A stretch of DNA of 64,000 bases, taken from contig CACLGX010000002.1 of NCBI GenBank assembly GCA_902606585.1, forward strand, positions 20,241 to 84,240, written 5' to 3'. Positions 1 to 9,688 of this stretch are shown piece after piece (position 1 is the stretch's first letter; every line of letters starts with the position of its first letter). The translations under genes were made by a program, and so were the position numbers. This stretch comes from Paracoccaceae bacterium. GTDB taxonomy: Bacteria > Pseudomonadota > Alphaproteobacteria > Rhodobacterales > Rhodobacteraceae. Under the pieces are notes generated by a model that saw only the letters and a list, made by a program, of their open reading frames with translations, was not told the origin of the DNA and made no database searches.

Positions 1-2
1 GC

Positions 3-503
3 GGTGTCACAACAAGACGAATTAGTGCTGTGATGAAAAAATCAGGGTTCGACAAAAAAATATATGCTTGTGATAGTTTTGAAGGTTTTGGAAGTGAAAC
101 TATTACAAAAGAAGATACGTCACTATTCAGATCAGTTAACCGCTTGAAGAAAAAATTTACAGCGGCTGGAGATGTACCCGAAGTACTTGAACAGTTTTTT
201 GATCATTACAAAATAAAAGGTTTTTGTGTTAAGGGTTTTTTTTCAAATTCTCTCAAAGCCATTGAAGGTGAAAGATTTTGTTTTGCCCATGTGGATTGTG
301 ATGCTTACAGCTCACATGTTGATTGCTTGAACTTTATCTATCCGCGCCTATCTTCCGGTGGTTGCATAGTTTTTGATGACTACAATGAAAAGAAATGGCC
401 TGGTGCATCTAAAGCTATAGACGAGTTTTTTGAGGATAAGCCGGAAAGCATAAAGTTAAGTCATAAAAAAGAAAATTCGGCGTGGTATGTAATAAAGTTA
501 TAA
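3..503 (+). CDS. TylF/MycF/NovP-family SAM-dependent O-methyltransferase, 5'-truncated by window edge
   Basis: Frame is open from position 3 (GVTTRRISAVMKK...); motifs DSFEG, HVDCDAY, GGCIVFDDY, WPGASKAIDEF. Confidence 0.75.
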   Translation, partial: GVTTRRISAVMKKSGFDKKIYACDSFEGFGSETITKEDTSLFRSVNRLKKKFTAAGDVPEVLEQFFDHYKIKGFCVKGFFSNSLKAIEGERFCFAHVDCDAYSSHVDCLNFIYPRLSSGGCIVFDDYNEKKWPGASKAIDEFFEDKPESIKLSHKKENSAWYVIKL

Positions 504-507
504 AAAT

Positions 508-1044
508 TTAATCTTTTAATTCTTTTTTATAAACACCCCAGATTCCACTTTTGGGGACCCAGCCTTTGTATCCATCGTCAGTAATGCGGCACCAATCTTT
601 GGTACATTTATCCAAAGTGGCTATATTGTGCTGCGGTAATTTAGCAATCACTTGTGCCTCAGTTGAAGGCAACAACCTCATTTCCAAAAGTTCATTTTTT
701 ATCAAAACAAAACGAATTCCTGAAAGAAGAGTATAGTGTACCCATCCGCCAAATCCCTCAAAATCACGAACACGGCGCCAGTTTTCATATTCACCATATA
801 TCTCTAGAGGCATATTCTTCCTTTTATAAATCCAATCGATCTTATGTGATAGTGAAGGGCCCCTTCGTGCATTTGCTTCGTTAACTTTTAAGGATACGTA
901 TCTTGGAATTTGTAAGTTTGTGACTTGTCCCTTTTGAATTTCCTTCGAAAACAAAAGAACTGGAGCAAATAAAAACGATCCTAGGAAAAATATTAAAATA
1001 ACTTTTGGCAAAAGAATTTCTTTCAAGACAGACTTTTTGAACAA
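508..1044 (-). CDS. Exported tandem bacterial SH3-domain protein
   Basis: Hydrophobic N-terminus; PRYVSLK..ANARRGPSLSHKIDW..WRRVRD..GWVH and second repeat WCRI..GWV; start uncertain. Confidence 0.8.
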   Translation of the reverse strand: MFKKSVLKEILLPKVILIFFLGSFLFAPVLLFSKEIQKGQVTNLQIPRYVSLKVNEANARRGPSLSHKIDWIYKRKNMPLEIYGEYENWRRVRDFEGFGGWVHYTLLSGIRFVLIKNELLEMRLLPSTEAQVIAKLPQHNIATLDKCTKDWCRITDDGYKGWVPKSGIWGVYKKELKD

Positions 1045-1232
1045 AACTGGTTAAGCGTACTTTGACATTTATAAATGTATTTGAAAAGCAGGTTAAAGTA
1101 TTTCTGGAAAGATGACGTTCTAAAAGTTTCTTTAGTAATTTCTATTTTACGACCAGTAGAACATAGTTGTCTATAACTATTCAATTTAGCGATATACCAA
1201 CCATTTTTTCAAATAAGATAATTTCATAGAAA

Positions 1233-1955
1233 CTAGACAAAAAACTGAGCCCCATTTGCAGAAATCGTTGAGCCATTTATGAAACCTGATTTTTCAGAAG
1301 CAAGAAATAACACACATCTTGCGATTTCCTCAGGTTCTCCCAAGCGACCAGTAGGTATTTGGGAAATAGTTGCTTCAATAGCTTTTTCAGGCATGTCCAT
1401 AACCATATCGGTGGCGATGTATCCTGGACATATGGCATTGGCCGTTATCCCATTCCTTGCACCTTCATGTGCAAGGGATTTTACTATACCCAAATCTCCA
1501 GCTTTTGTCGCTGAATAGTTAACCTGAGCGAATTGCCCCTTTTGGCCATTTATTGATGATATAACGATGACCCTACCAAATTTTTGGTCTCTCATTGAAG
1601 GCCACAAAGGGTGGATCGTATTGAATACTCCTGTGAGGTTCGTATTGACTACCTCATTCCATTGATCTGGGGTCATTTTATGGAAAGGGGCGTCTCTGGT
1701 AATGCCAGCGTTGGCAACTACTGTATCGATAGAGCCAAGGTCACCTTGGACACTGTTTAACCCTGCCACGCTTTCTTCGTAACTAGCAACGTTCCATTTG
1801 TAGGTGTTTATGCCAGTATCATTTGAGAACTTTGAAGCTGCTTCGTCATTACCAGCGTAAGTTGCAGCTACTTTGTAGCCTTCATTTTTTAATGCTAAAG
1901 AGATGGCAGCTCCAATACCGCGAGATCCGCCTGTCACTAATGCTACGCGTTCCAT
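1233..1955 (-). CDS. phaB: Acetoacetyl-CoA reductase
   Basis: TGGSRGIG, NAGITRD, NGQKGQFAQVNYSATKAG; directly downstream of thiolase. Confidence 0.93.
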   Translation of the reverse strand: MERVALVTGGSRGIGAAISLALKNEGYKVAATYAGNDEAASKFSNDTGINTYKWNVASYEESVAGLNSVQGDLGSIDTVVANAGITRDAPFHKMTPDQWNEVVNTNLTGVFNTIHPLWPSMRDQKFGRVIVISSINGQKGQFAQVNYSATKAGDLGIVKSLAHEGARNGITANAICPGYIATDMVMDMPEKAIEATISQIPTGRLGEPEEIARCVLFLASEKSGFINGSTISANGAQFFV

Positions 1956-2041
1956 AAGGCACTCCTTGAATCATTGAGTAATCAAATTACCAAACTAATT
2001 GAAAATACGCAATTATATTACTAAATACATCTTTTAAAAAT

Positions 2042-3214
2042 TTAACGCTCAAGACACATTGCAACGCCCATACCACCACCTATACAAAGTGTTGCCAGGC
2101 CTCTTTTTACATCACGTCTTTTCATTTCGAATAGTAATGTGTTTAGAATTCTAGCGCCTGAAGCACCAATTGGATGCCCAATAGCAATTGCTCCACCATT
2201 TACATTTACTATTTCAGGGTCCCATCCCATGTCCTTATTAACGGCAAGAGCTTGAGCGGCAAATGCCTCATTAGCCTCAACAAGATCCAAATCTTCAACT
2301 CGCCAGCCTGCTTTATCTAAAGCCTTCTTTGAGGCATTTACAGGTCCTACTCCCATTATTGCAGGGTCTAAAGCAGCTGTGGCATAAGATTTTATAGTAG
2401 CAAGTGGTTCAATGCCTTTTTTTTCGGATTGCTCTTTCGACATGACAAGTACACCCGCTGCTCCATCATTTATACCTGATGCGTTTGCTGCAGTTACAGT
2501 TCCGTCTTTGGTAAAAGCGGGCCGAAGTTTTTGCATCCCCTCGATTGTTACCCCGTGTCGGATGTATTCATCTTTATCGACTGTAATTTCACCTTTACGA
2601 TGTTTGACTACAAAAGGTATAATTTCATCTTTAAACTTATCCAGCTTTTGCGCATTTTCCGCTTTGTTCTGCGAAGCTACGGCAAACTCATCTTGCATTT
2701 CTCTGCTGATTTGCCACTTTTCTGCAACATTTTCTGCAGTTTGGCCCATGTGATAACCGTTGAAGGCATCCCAAAGACCATCTTTGATCATGCTATCAAT
2801 ATACTTAACATCGCCCATTTTTTGCCCTGAGCGTAGGTGTGATACGTGTGGTGACAAAGTCATGTTCTCTTGACCTCCAGCCGCAACAATATCCGCATCT
2901 CCAAGCGTAACGTGCTGAGCCGCTAAGGCTACAGCTCTAAGGCCTGATCCACAAACTTGATTAATACCCCAAGCCGCACTTTCAATTGGTAATCCTGCAT
3001 TAACATGAGCTTGCCTAGCTGGGTTTTGGCCTTGCCCACTTGATAGTACCTGTCCAAGAATAGTTTCTGAAACTTCTTCTTTTTTTATGCCAGCTCGTTC
3101 AACTAAAGCGGAGAGTACTCTAGCACCTAAATCGTGTGCTGGAACATTAGCAAATGATCCACCAAAACTACCCACGGCAGTCCTAGCGGCAGAAGCAATT
3201 ACAATATCAGTCAT
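2042..3214 (-). CDS. phaA: Acetyl-CoA C-acetyltransferase (beta-ketothiolase)
   Basis: [29 protein letters not shown] thiolase motifs. Confidence 0.95.
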   Translation of the reverse strand: MTDIVIASAARTAVGSFGGSFANVPAHDLGARVLSALVERAGIKKEEVSETILGQVLSSGQGQNPARQAHVNAGLPIESAAWGINQVCGSGLRAVALAAQHVTLGDADIVAAGGQENMTLSPHVSHLRSGQKMGDVKYIDSMIKDGLWDAFNGYHMGQTAENVAEKWQISREMQDEFAVASQNKAENAQKLDKFKDEIIPFVVKHRKGEITVDKDEYIRHGVTIEGMQKLRPAFTKDGTVTAANASGINDGAAGVLVMSKEQSEKKGIEPLATIKSYATAALDPAIMGVGPVNASKKALDKAGWRVEDLDLVEANEAFAAQALAVNKDMGWDPEIVNVNGGAIAIGHPIGASGARILNTLLFEMKRRDVKRGLATLCIGGGMGVAMCLER

Positions 3215-3262
3215 CAGTCGAATCCCTTGGGTTAATAATTGGCTTTTCAGCTTTTAAATGTT

Positions 3263-3279
3263 TTGCTGCGTCGCGGCAA
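3263..3279. promoter_or_regulatory. Candidate PhaR operator
   Basis: GC-rich near-palindrome TTGCTGCG-T-CGCGGCAA in AT-rich DNA about 50 bp upstream of phaA; resembles the TGC-N3-GCA PhaR box. Confidence 0.55.
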
Positions 3280-3408
3280 CCTGATCTTTAAAGTTGGGGT
3301 TCAAATTAATTGAAAATAGTTGCTCAATTAAAACATATTTGGAATAAGGCCTCTGGTTAACTTCAAGAAAATTATAATAATTTTTCAATTTATTTTAAAA
3401 TTTATGCG

Positions 3409-3436
3409 TTGACTCTTTTTAGTGAGAGCTTATACC
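3409..3436 (+). promoter_or_regulatory. Sigma70-type promoter of rpsD
   Basis: TTGACT-N16-TATACC. Confidence 0.55.
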
Positions 3437-3566
3437 GGCGCTTTATTGGTGTTGGTGGCCTCCGCAAGGAGTTGCCTGTCGTACTTAAGCACTAAGGTGT
3501 TAAATGTAAAAGGACAACGCCCTTCGTAACGGCTTACAGCCACATAAAAAGGAAGGAGACCAGCAG
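3437..3566 (+). promoter_or_regulatory. Structured rpsD 5' leader (candidate r-leader)
   Basis: TTGGTGTT(3446-53)/AGCACTAA(3488-95) helix enclosing a CTCC-GCAA-GGAG GNRA hairpin; strong SD AGGAAGGAG. Confidence 0.45.
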
Positions 3567-4187
3567 ATGACAAAGAGAACTGCTGCCAAACATAAAATAG
3601 ACCGCCGTATGGGAGAGAACATATGGGGCAGACCAAAATCACCTGTGAACCGAAGAGAGTATGGTCCAGGGCAACATGGGCAAAGAAGAAAAGCTAAGCT
3701 GTCAGATTTTGGACTACAGTTACGAGCCAAACAAAAATTAAAAGGTTACTATGGCGACTTGACCGAGAAACAGTTTAGGCGAATATACTCTGAGGCCGAA
3801 CGTGTTAAGGGTGATACTGGCGAGAATTTGATTGGGTTATTAGAAAAACGCTTGGACGCTGTTGTTTACAGAGCTAAATTTGTGGCCACAATGTTTGCAG
3901 CGCGGCAGTTTGTAAACCATGGTCATATTTTGGTGAACGGTAAACGAGTTAATATTCCGTCCTTCCGTGTAAAAGAGGGAGACGTAATCGAAGTCAGAGA
4001 AAAGTCCAGACAAATCGCCGTTCTACTCGAGGCTACTCAGTTGCCAGAAAGAGATGTGCCGGAATATATTGAGGCTGATCATTCAAAAATGTCAGCTAAG
4101 TTTATTAGAACACCGAACCTAGGGGATGTTCCTTATCCTGTGATTATGGAGCCAAATCTCGTCATCGAATACTATGCCCAAAATTAA
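3567..4187 (+). CDS. rpsD: 30S ribosomal protein S4
   Basis: [40 protein letters not shown]4 motifs. Confidence 0.98.
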   Translation: MTKRTAAKHKIDRRMGENIWGRPKSPVNRREYGPGQHGQRRKAKLSDFGLQLRAKQKLKGYYGDLTEKQFRRIYSEAERVKGDTGENLIGLLEKRLDAVVYRAKFVATMFAARQFVNHGHILVNGKRVNIPSFRVKEGDVIEVREKSRQIAVLLEATQLPERDVPEYIEADHSKMSAKFIRTPNLGDVPYPVIMEPNLVIEYYAQN

Positions 4188-4205
4188 ATACAATTAAATC
4201 CAACG

Positions 4206-4243
4206 AAAAGGGCTGCGACGGGGTGCTGGGGCAGCCTTTTTTT
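4206..4243 (+). terminator. Rho-independent terminator after rpsD
   Basis: AAAAGGGCTGC...GCAGCCTTTTTTT. Confidence 0.8.
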
Positions 4244-4301
4244 CTTCTGGAAAGAAATTTAAAGGGCTTATACAAAGATTTATAGTTTCTGGAGATCTTG
4301 C

Positions 4302-5387
4302 ATGGTAAATATAAAACCTCAGCCAGGTATAATGCAAATTGACCTATATAAGGGAGGAGCATCCGAGTTAGAGGGACACGATAACGTAGTAAAGTTATCT
4401 TCTAATGAAAACCCTTTTGGTCCTAGCCCTAAGGCCGTTGAGGCCTATTTAAAGTCTGGCAAAGACCTTCACAGATATCCATCAACATCCCATGAACATT
4501 TACGACAAGCGATATCTAGAGTTTTGGATTTACCCGAAGAGAATATAATTTGTGGCGTTGGGAGTGATGAGATTATTTCACTTTTGTGTCAAACTTTTTC
4601 TGGTCAGGGCGAGGAAGTTATTTACACAGAACATGGTTTTGCCATGTATAAAATATCGGCACTTGCTGCTGGTGCTAATCCAGTTGTTGTTAAAGAGGAA
4701 AATCGTACCACTGATACCTCTAATATCCTCAATAAGTGCAATCAAAACACAAAGTTAATTTTTATTGCAAACCCAAATAATCCAACTGGAACAATGATAA
4801 CTTTAGACCAAGTTCAAGATCTTGCTACGAAAATACCAAAGCAGGCATTGCTGGTTCTAGATGGGGCTTACGCTGAATACGTAGATAATTACGATGGTGG
4901 TATCCAGTTGGTCAAAAAGTTGAGAAATGTAATGATGATCAGAACTTTCTCAAAGATATATGGCTTGGGCGGCATGCGGGTTGGTTGGGGTTTTTCTTCT
5001 AAACAAGTAATTGAAGCGCTTCAAAGAGTACGGGGTCCCTTCAATCTATCTGTACCGGCATTGGCCGTAGCAGAAGCTGCGATTTACGACCAAGACTACG
5101 TGATAAAATGCAAAGAAAAAAACAATTTCACAAGGGACTGGCTGATAAAAAGTTTGCGTGAGTTAGGATTAGCATGTGATAACTCCTTTACAAACTTCGT
5201 TTTGCCGCGGTTTAAAGATCAATTACAAGCTGAACTTTGCGACAAGTATCTGCAATCTAGAGGTTTTATAGTGCGAAGAGTAGATGGATATAATTTGCCC
5301 GAGGCTCTACGAATAACCGTTGGGGATCAGACTACAAGCGAAAGAGTAGTAAGTTTAATTGAAGAATTTCTAGTGGGGCAAAAATGA
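4302..5387 (+). CDS. hisC: Histidinol-phosphate aminotransferase
   Basis: KLSSNENP, NPNNPTG, LDGAYAEY, RTFSKIYGLGGMRVG. Confidence 0.93.
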   Translation: MVNIKPQPGIMQIDLYKGGASELEGHDNVVKLSSNENPFGPSPKAVEAYLKSGKDLHRYPSTSHEHLRQAISRVLDLPEENIICGVGSDEIISLLCQTFSGQGEEVIYTEHGFAMYKISALAAGANPVVVKEENRTTDTSNILNKCNQNTKLIFIANPNNPTGTMITLDQVQDLATKIPKQALLVLDGAYAEYVDNYDGGIQLVKKLRNVMMIRTFSKIYGLGGMRVGWGFSSKQVIEALQRVRGPFNLSVPALAVAEAAIYDQDYVIKCKEKNNFTRDWLIKSLRELGLACDNSFTNFVLPRFKDQLQAELCDKYLQSRGFIVRRVDGYNLPEALRITVGDQTTSERVVSLIEEFLVGQK

Positions 5388-6310
5388 GCCAAGTTTATGA
5401 TCGTGTTGCCTTAATTGGCTTAGGTTTAATAGCTTCTTCGATTTTTTGGGCGTCAAAAAGAAATAACGTTTCAGGTCACATTAAAGGGTTTGCAAGGTCT
5501 GAACAAACACGGAATACGGCGAGAAAAATCAAGCTTTGCGATGAGGTGTCTGATAGCCTGGAGAACACCGTAACTGATGCAGATTTGATTATTCTATGTG
5601 TACCTGTGGGTGCAATGGAGCAGGTAATGGTGGAAATCGCGCCATATCTAAAGTCTGGAGCAACAATAACTGATGTTGGCTCAGTAAAAAGGGCGGTTAT
5701 TGATGCTGTTGAGCCACATTTGCCAACTGGTGTGAAATTCGTTCCAGCTCATCCGCTAGCGGGCACTGAGCACTCAGGACCAAAGAGTGGTTTTGCTTCT
5801 TTATTTGATAATCGTTGGTGTTTACTTACTGATCATAAAAGTGCAGACGAGAAAGCTCAAAATAATGTTATGAGTTTTTGGAAAGGGTTAGGTGCTAACG
5901 TTGAATTTATGGATGCCGATCATCATGATTTGGTTCTTGCTGTAACGAGCCACGCTCCTCACCTTATTGCATATACAATGGTTGGCGTCGCCGATGATAT
6001 AGGCAAGGTTACTGACAGTGAAGTAATAAAATATTCTGCAGCGGGTTTTCGTGATTTCACTAGAATAGCTGCATCAGACCCTACAATGTGGCGTGATGTT
6101 TTTTTATCTAATAAAGAAGCAACATTAGAAATTTTGGGAAGATTTACCGAAGAGCTTTTTGATTTACAAAGAGCCATTCGCACAGGGAATGGCGACAAAT
6201 TATTGAACTATTTTTCGCATACTAGGTCTGTTCGTCGTGGAATTATTGAGGCGGGTCAGGATACAGAGGCCCCAAATTTTGGAAGAAATATAGAGCCGGA
6301 TGGAGATTAA
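5384..6310 (+). CDS. tyrC: Prephenate/arogenate (cyclohexadienyl) dehydrogenase
   Basis: GLGLIA, TDVGSVK, HPLAGTE, HDLVLAVTSHAPH, FRDFTRIA; coupled to hisC. Confidence 0.9.
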   Translation: MSQVYDRVALIGLGLIASSIFWASKRNNVSGHIKGFARSEQTRNTARKIKLCDEVSDSLENTVTDADLIILCVPVGAMEQVMVEIAPYLKSGATITDVGSVKRAVIDAVEPHLPTGVKFVPAHPLAGTEHSGPKSGFASLFDNRWCLLTDHKSADEKAQNNVMSFWKGLGANVEFMDADHHDLVLAVTSHAPHLIAYTMVGVADDIGKVTDSEVIKYSAAGFRDFTRIAASDPTMWRDVFLSNKEATLEILGRFTEELFDLQRAIRTGNGDKLLNYFSHTRSVRRGIIEAGQDTEAPNFGRNIEPDGD

Positions 6311-6355
6311 AATTTTTAAATATATATATATATTAAATATTATATTTTGGAATAT

Positions 6356-6850
6356 ATGATGAATAAAGTAATGCCAAAGGAAGCTACAGACGTCCTTTCA
6401 ATGCAAGAGATACTTGAGATTCCTGGCCTTGAAATGATGAAGGGAATATTAGCAGGCATTTATCCGGCTGCGCCAATGGCTAAGATCTTGAATTATAAAG
6501 TTCACTCTGTTGAAAAAGGAAAAGTGGTTTTTAGGGGCAAACCCAATCTAGATTCCCTTAACCCAATGGGCACCTTACATGGCGGATGGTACGGAACTAT
6601 TTTGGATAGCGCTATGGCTTGCGCGGTGATGACAACTCTACCTGCAGGGAAAATTCAAACGACGTTAGAATTTAAAGTGAATATTATTCGTACTATACCT
6701 TTGGGAGCAACTGTTGATGCTATTGGCACTGTTGAGCATGCTGGGAGGTCTACCGGTGTTGCTGTCGGAAGAATTGTTGATGTAGACACAGGTAAATTAT
6801 ATGCTTCATCTTCTACCACTTGTATTATTATGGCTCCGGAATTGAAATAA
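6356..6850 (+). CDS. PaaI-family (hotdog fold) thioesterase
   Basis: NPMGTLHGGWYGTILDSAMACA, TLEFKVN. Confidence 0.88.
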   Translation: MMNKVMPKEATDVLSMQEILEIPGLEMMKGILAGIYPAAPMAKILNYKVHSVEKGKVVFRGKPNLDSLNPMGTLHGGWYGTILDSAMACAVMTTLPAGKIQTTLEFKVNIIRTIPLGATVDAIGTVEHAGRSTGVAVGRIVDVDTGKLYASSSTTCIIMAPELK

Positions 6851-6914
6851 AATTTGTAGTTTTTCTAGGTATTAGTATAAATATATGTATCAAACCTTTT
6901 TACTATATTTTTTT

Positions 6915-7076
6915 ATGCGTTACATAGCTACTTTTATATTCACTTTAAGTTTGTCTACTTATGTTTTAGGAAAAGAGGGAGTACAGTGCCCAAACCGAGG
7001 CGATGATCCTTCTAAGTTTTGTCTTCCTGGGCAAACTTGGAATGAGGAAATCAAAGAATGTGTTAATCTGGTATAA
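6915..7076 (+). CDS. Small secreted Cys-containing protein (CBM14/peritrophin-like C-terminal motif)
   Basis: Signal-peptide-like MRYIATFIFTLSLSTYVLG, then C..CLPGQTWNEEIKEC. Confidence 0.6.
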   Translation: MRYIATFIFTLSLSTYVLGKEGVQCPNRGDDPSKFCLPGQTWNEEIKECVNLV

Positions 7077-7161
7077 CTGACTAATTTTAAGAGTTTTGAA
7101 TTATTTTTGTTTATTGGATTAGTCTCGTAAAGATTGTGTAATGTAATAAATACGGATTAAA

Positions 7162-7461
7162 ATGCGTACTACATGTTCATCCAAACTGCTTGCAGAAGAT
7201 GAAAAGGTAAGGGTTACTAGATTTGACTTTGAACCGGATCAAGAAACGGGATGGCACGTTCACCAATACGATTATGTTATTATTGCTGTAACCGAATGCT
7301 GTATGCTCTTGCAAAATCCAGACGGTACTCAAACTAGTTCGAAAGTTTCAGCTGGAAGTGCTTATAGTAGAGATTCTGGTGTCCATCATAATGTGATAAA
7401 TGCGTCTGAGCAAAAAATGAGCTTCATAGAAATTGAATTAAAGAATTCTATCAGGTCATAA
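7162..7461 (+). CDS. Small cupin-domain protein (BauB-like)
   Basis: VRVTRFDFEPDQETGWHVHQYDYV and GVHHNVIN..FIEIELK. Confidence 0.8.
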   Translation: MRTTCSSKLLAEDEKVRVTRFDFEPDQETGWHVHQYDYVIIAVTECCMLLQNPDGTQTSSKVSAGSAYSRDSGVHHNVINASEQKMSFIEIELKNSIRS

Positions 7462-7519
7462 AGATGGTACATGTCCATCGAGCTAGAGCATATTTTCGTT
7501 TAAACGAAAATGGCCTTAA

Positions 7520-7594
<75 letters not shown>

Positions 7595-7711
7595 ACAATT
7601 TACGCAGTTGAAGTAAACCTAAAAGTAATGTGAGGCAAGTGTATTTTCGTACTGCATAGGTCGTAAAGACGAAGTCTAGACGCAATTTATAGTATCAAGT
7701 ATAGAAACTAT

Positions 7712-7858
7712 ATGCAAAGTTCAAAGTCAAAAAAAAATGAAGCAAATAATCGAGAAAATCGCTTAAAGGCTGCCTTGAAAGCGAACATGGCGAAGAGAAA
7801 AGCCCAAGTTAAGGCGAGAGCCTCCGCATCTTCAGACAAGTTAGCTCGAAAGGATTAA
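7712..7858 (+). CDS. 48-aa basic helical small protein upstream of murA (absent from ORF track)
   Basis: [48 protein letters not shown]; stop 2 nt before the murA start, and its 3' end carries the murA SD (AAGGA). Confidence 0.75.
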   Translation: MQSSKSKKNEANNRENRLKAALKANMAKRKAQVKARASASSDKLARKD

Positions 7859-7860
7859 AT

Positions 7861-9126
7861 TTGGACTCTATATTAGTGACAGGCAACGGCCCTTTAAATG
7901 GGAAAATTCCAATTGCTGGCGCAAAAAATGCCTGCCTAGCTTTAATGCCTGTAACACTTTTAACTGATCAACCTGTTACACTCACAAATGCTCCAATATT
8001 GAGTGATATCAAAACAGCCAAGGCTTTATTAAGCTCATTGGGTACTGAAGTTACCTTTTTAAATGGCGGGAAAGTGCTCGTTATGTCTTCCCATAATTTA
8101 AAGTCAAGCCACGCTGATTATGACATCGTAAGAAAAATGAGAGCCTCTAACTTAGTTTTAGGACCATTACTAGCTCGTACTGGTGAAGCTGTTGTTTCGT
8201 TGCCTGGAGGATGTGCAATTGGAGCTCGTCCTATGGATCTCCATATTGGTGCTTTGGAGGCTTTAGGTGCTACCATTGAGTTAAAGGAAGGTTATTTGCA
8301 TGCCAAATCTAATGGTCGATTAAAAGCAGGAACTTTCGAGATGCGTATGGCATCCGTTGGGGCGACTGAAAATTTTATTATGGCAGCGACTTTAGCTAAT
8401 GGCACATCAATTTTGAAAAATGCAGCAAAAGAACCTGAGATAGTTGACCTTGTAAAATGTTTGCGATCGATGGGGGCTCAAATAACTGGAGAGGGTTCAA
8501 GCACCGTGGAGATCCAAGGTGTGGATACTTTAGGCGGAACCACTCACCCTGTAATTGTTGATCGAATTGAACTTGGCACTTATATGATTGCACCAGCAAT
8601 CGCTGGTGGCCAGGTTGATTTGATTGGTGGAAAAAAAGAATTATTGGGTGAGTTTTGGAATAGTCTAGAACGTTCGGGCCTAGAAATTTCAGAAACAGCG
8701 CATGGTATAAGAGCCAAAAGGGTAAACGACACAATTAAAGCTGTCGATGTGAAGACCGAAGTATATCCTGGTTTTGCAACTGACTTACAAGCTCAGTTTA
8801 TGGCGTTGATGTGCTTGGCTGATGGCATCAGTCTTTTGGAAGAGACCTTATTTGAAAATAGATTTATGCATGCTCCAGAATTGGTGAGAATGGGAGCAAA
8901 AATAGACGTGCAAGGTGGCACAGCGAAAGTGCAGGGTGTGTCAAAATTGAAAGGTGCACCTGTAATGGCGACGGATTTGCGTGCATCTGTTTCTTTGATT
9001 TTAGCGGGTTTGGTAGCTGAAGGTGAAACAAAAGTTGCCAGAGTTTACCATCTCGATAGAGGATATGAAAATTTGGTCAGTAAATTATCTAATGTGGGTG
9101 CAAAAATAGAGAGGATCTCAGATTAA
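7861..9126 (+). CDS. murA: UDP-N-acetylglucosamine 1-carboxyvinyltransferase
   Basis: [41 protein letters not shown]. Confidence 0.97.
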   Translation: MDSILVTGNGPLNGKIPIAGAKNACLALMPVTLLTDQPVTLTNAPILSDIKTAKALLSSLGTEVTFLNGGKVLVMSSHNLKSSHADYDIVRKMRASNLVLGPLLARTGEAVVSLPGGCAIGARPMDLHIGALEALGATIELKEGYLHAKSNGRLKAGTFEMRMASVGATENFIMAATLANGTSILKNAAKEPEIVDLVKCLRSMGAQITGEGSSTVEIQGVDTLGGTTHPVIVDRIELGTYMIAPAIAGGQVDLIGGKKELLGEFWNSLERSGLEISETAHGIRAKRVNDTIKAVDVKTEVYPGFATDLQAQFMALMCLADGISLLEETLFENRFMHAPELVRMGAKIDVQGGTAKVQGVSKLKGAPVMATDLRASVSLILAGLVAEGETKVARVYHLDRGYENLVSKLSNVGAKIERISD

Positions 9127-9611
9127 TGTCTGAAGACGCTCGCTTTGAAGATGGTGAAGATAAAGCTTTAAACATTGGCGCATTTGATAAAAATGATTTG
9201 GAAATTGTATCATCTCTCATACAAGACTCAATTCTACCGGCTAGTGAAATAAAGTGGCTTTCTAATTCGAATAAATTAGCCTTATTAATCAATAGATTTA
9301 GGTGGGAAGACAAAAGCTTAGCATTATCACAGGGCAGAAAATTAGAGCGCGTCCAATCACTGTTGATGATAAGTCATGTTAAAAATATCTCTTCGAGCGG
9401 TTTCTCTCCTAAACAAAAGGACAAAGTCTTGTCTATTTTATCCATTTCTTTTGATGGTGATGAAGGAGGCTCGGGTAGTATTTTGATTTTATTATCTGGA
9501 GATGGGGCCGTCCGAGTTGACGTGGATGCATTGGAGATAGACTTGCGCGATGTTTCCATGCCCTACATTGCTCCTTCTGGACTTTTACCAGAGCATAAAA
9601 CTGATATATGA
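9126..9611 (+). CDS. DUF2948-family protein
   Basis: DLEIVSSLIQDS, LLINRFRWE; conserved position between murA and hisD. Confidence 0.8.
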   Translation: MSEDARFEDGEDKALNIGAFDKNDLEIVSSLIQDSILPASEIKWLSNSNKLALLINRFRWEDKSLALSQGRKLERVQSLLMISHVKNISSSGFSPKQKDKVLSILSISFDGDEGGSGSILILLSGDGAVRVDVDALEIDLRDVSMPYIAPSGLLPEHKTDI

Positions 9612-9688
9612 AAAGTTAGTTTTTTGGGAAGACTTGAGAAAATTAAAAACAGGCGCTATTTCGAGCGTTGTGGTTAAAGGAAAAATTA

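Noticed and set aside
3306-3331. TTAATTGA-N10-TCAATTAA as an FNR box
   Set aside because: Spacing and sequence do not fit TTGAT-N4-ATCAA, and AT-rich inverted repeats arise easily by chance here
4219-4236. GGTGCTGGGGCAG as an att-site copy of the tRNA-Thr 3' end (GGTGCTGCTGGGCAG)
   Set aside because: Short gapped match inside the rpsD terminator; the enclosed genes include core hisC-tyrC and there is no integrase
7162-7461. Cupin as a DMSP lyase (DddK/DddQ/DddW)
   Set aside because: Motif 1 is HxHxxDY and lacks the HxHxxxE metal-ligand pattern of cupin DMSP lyases
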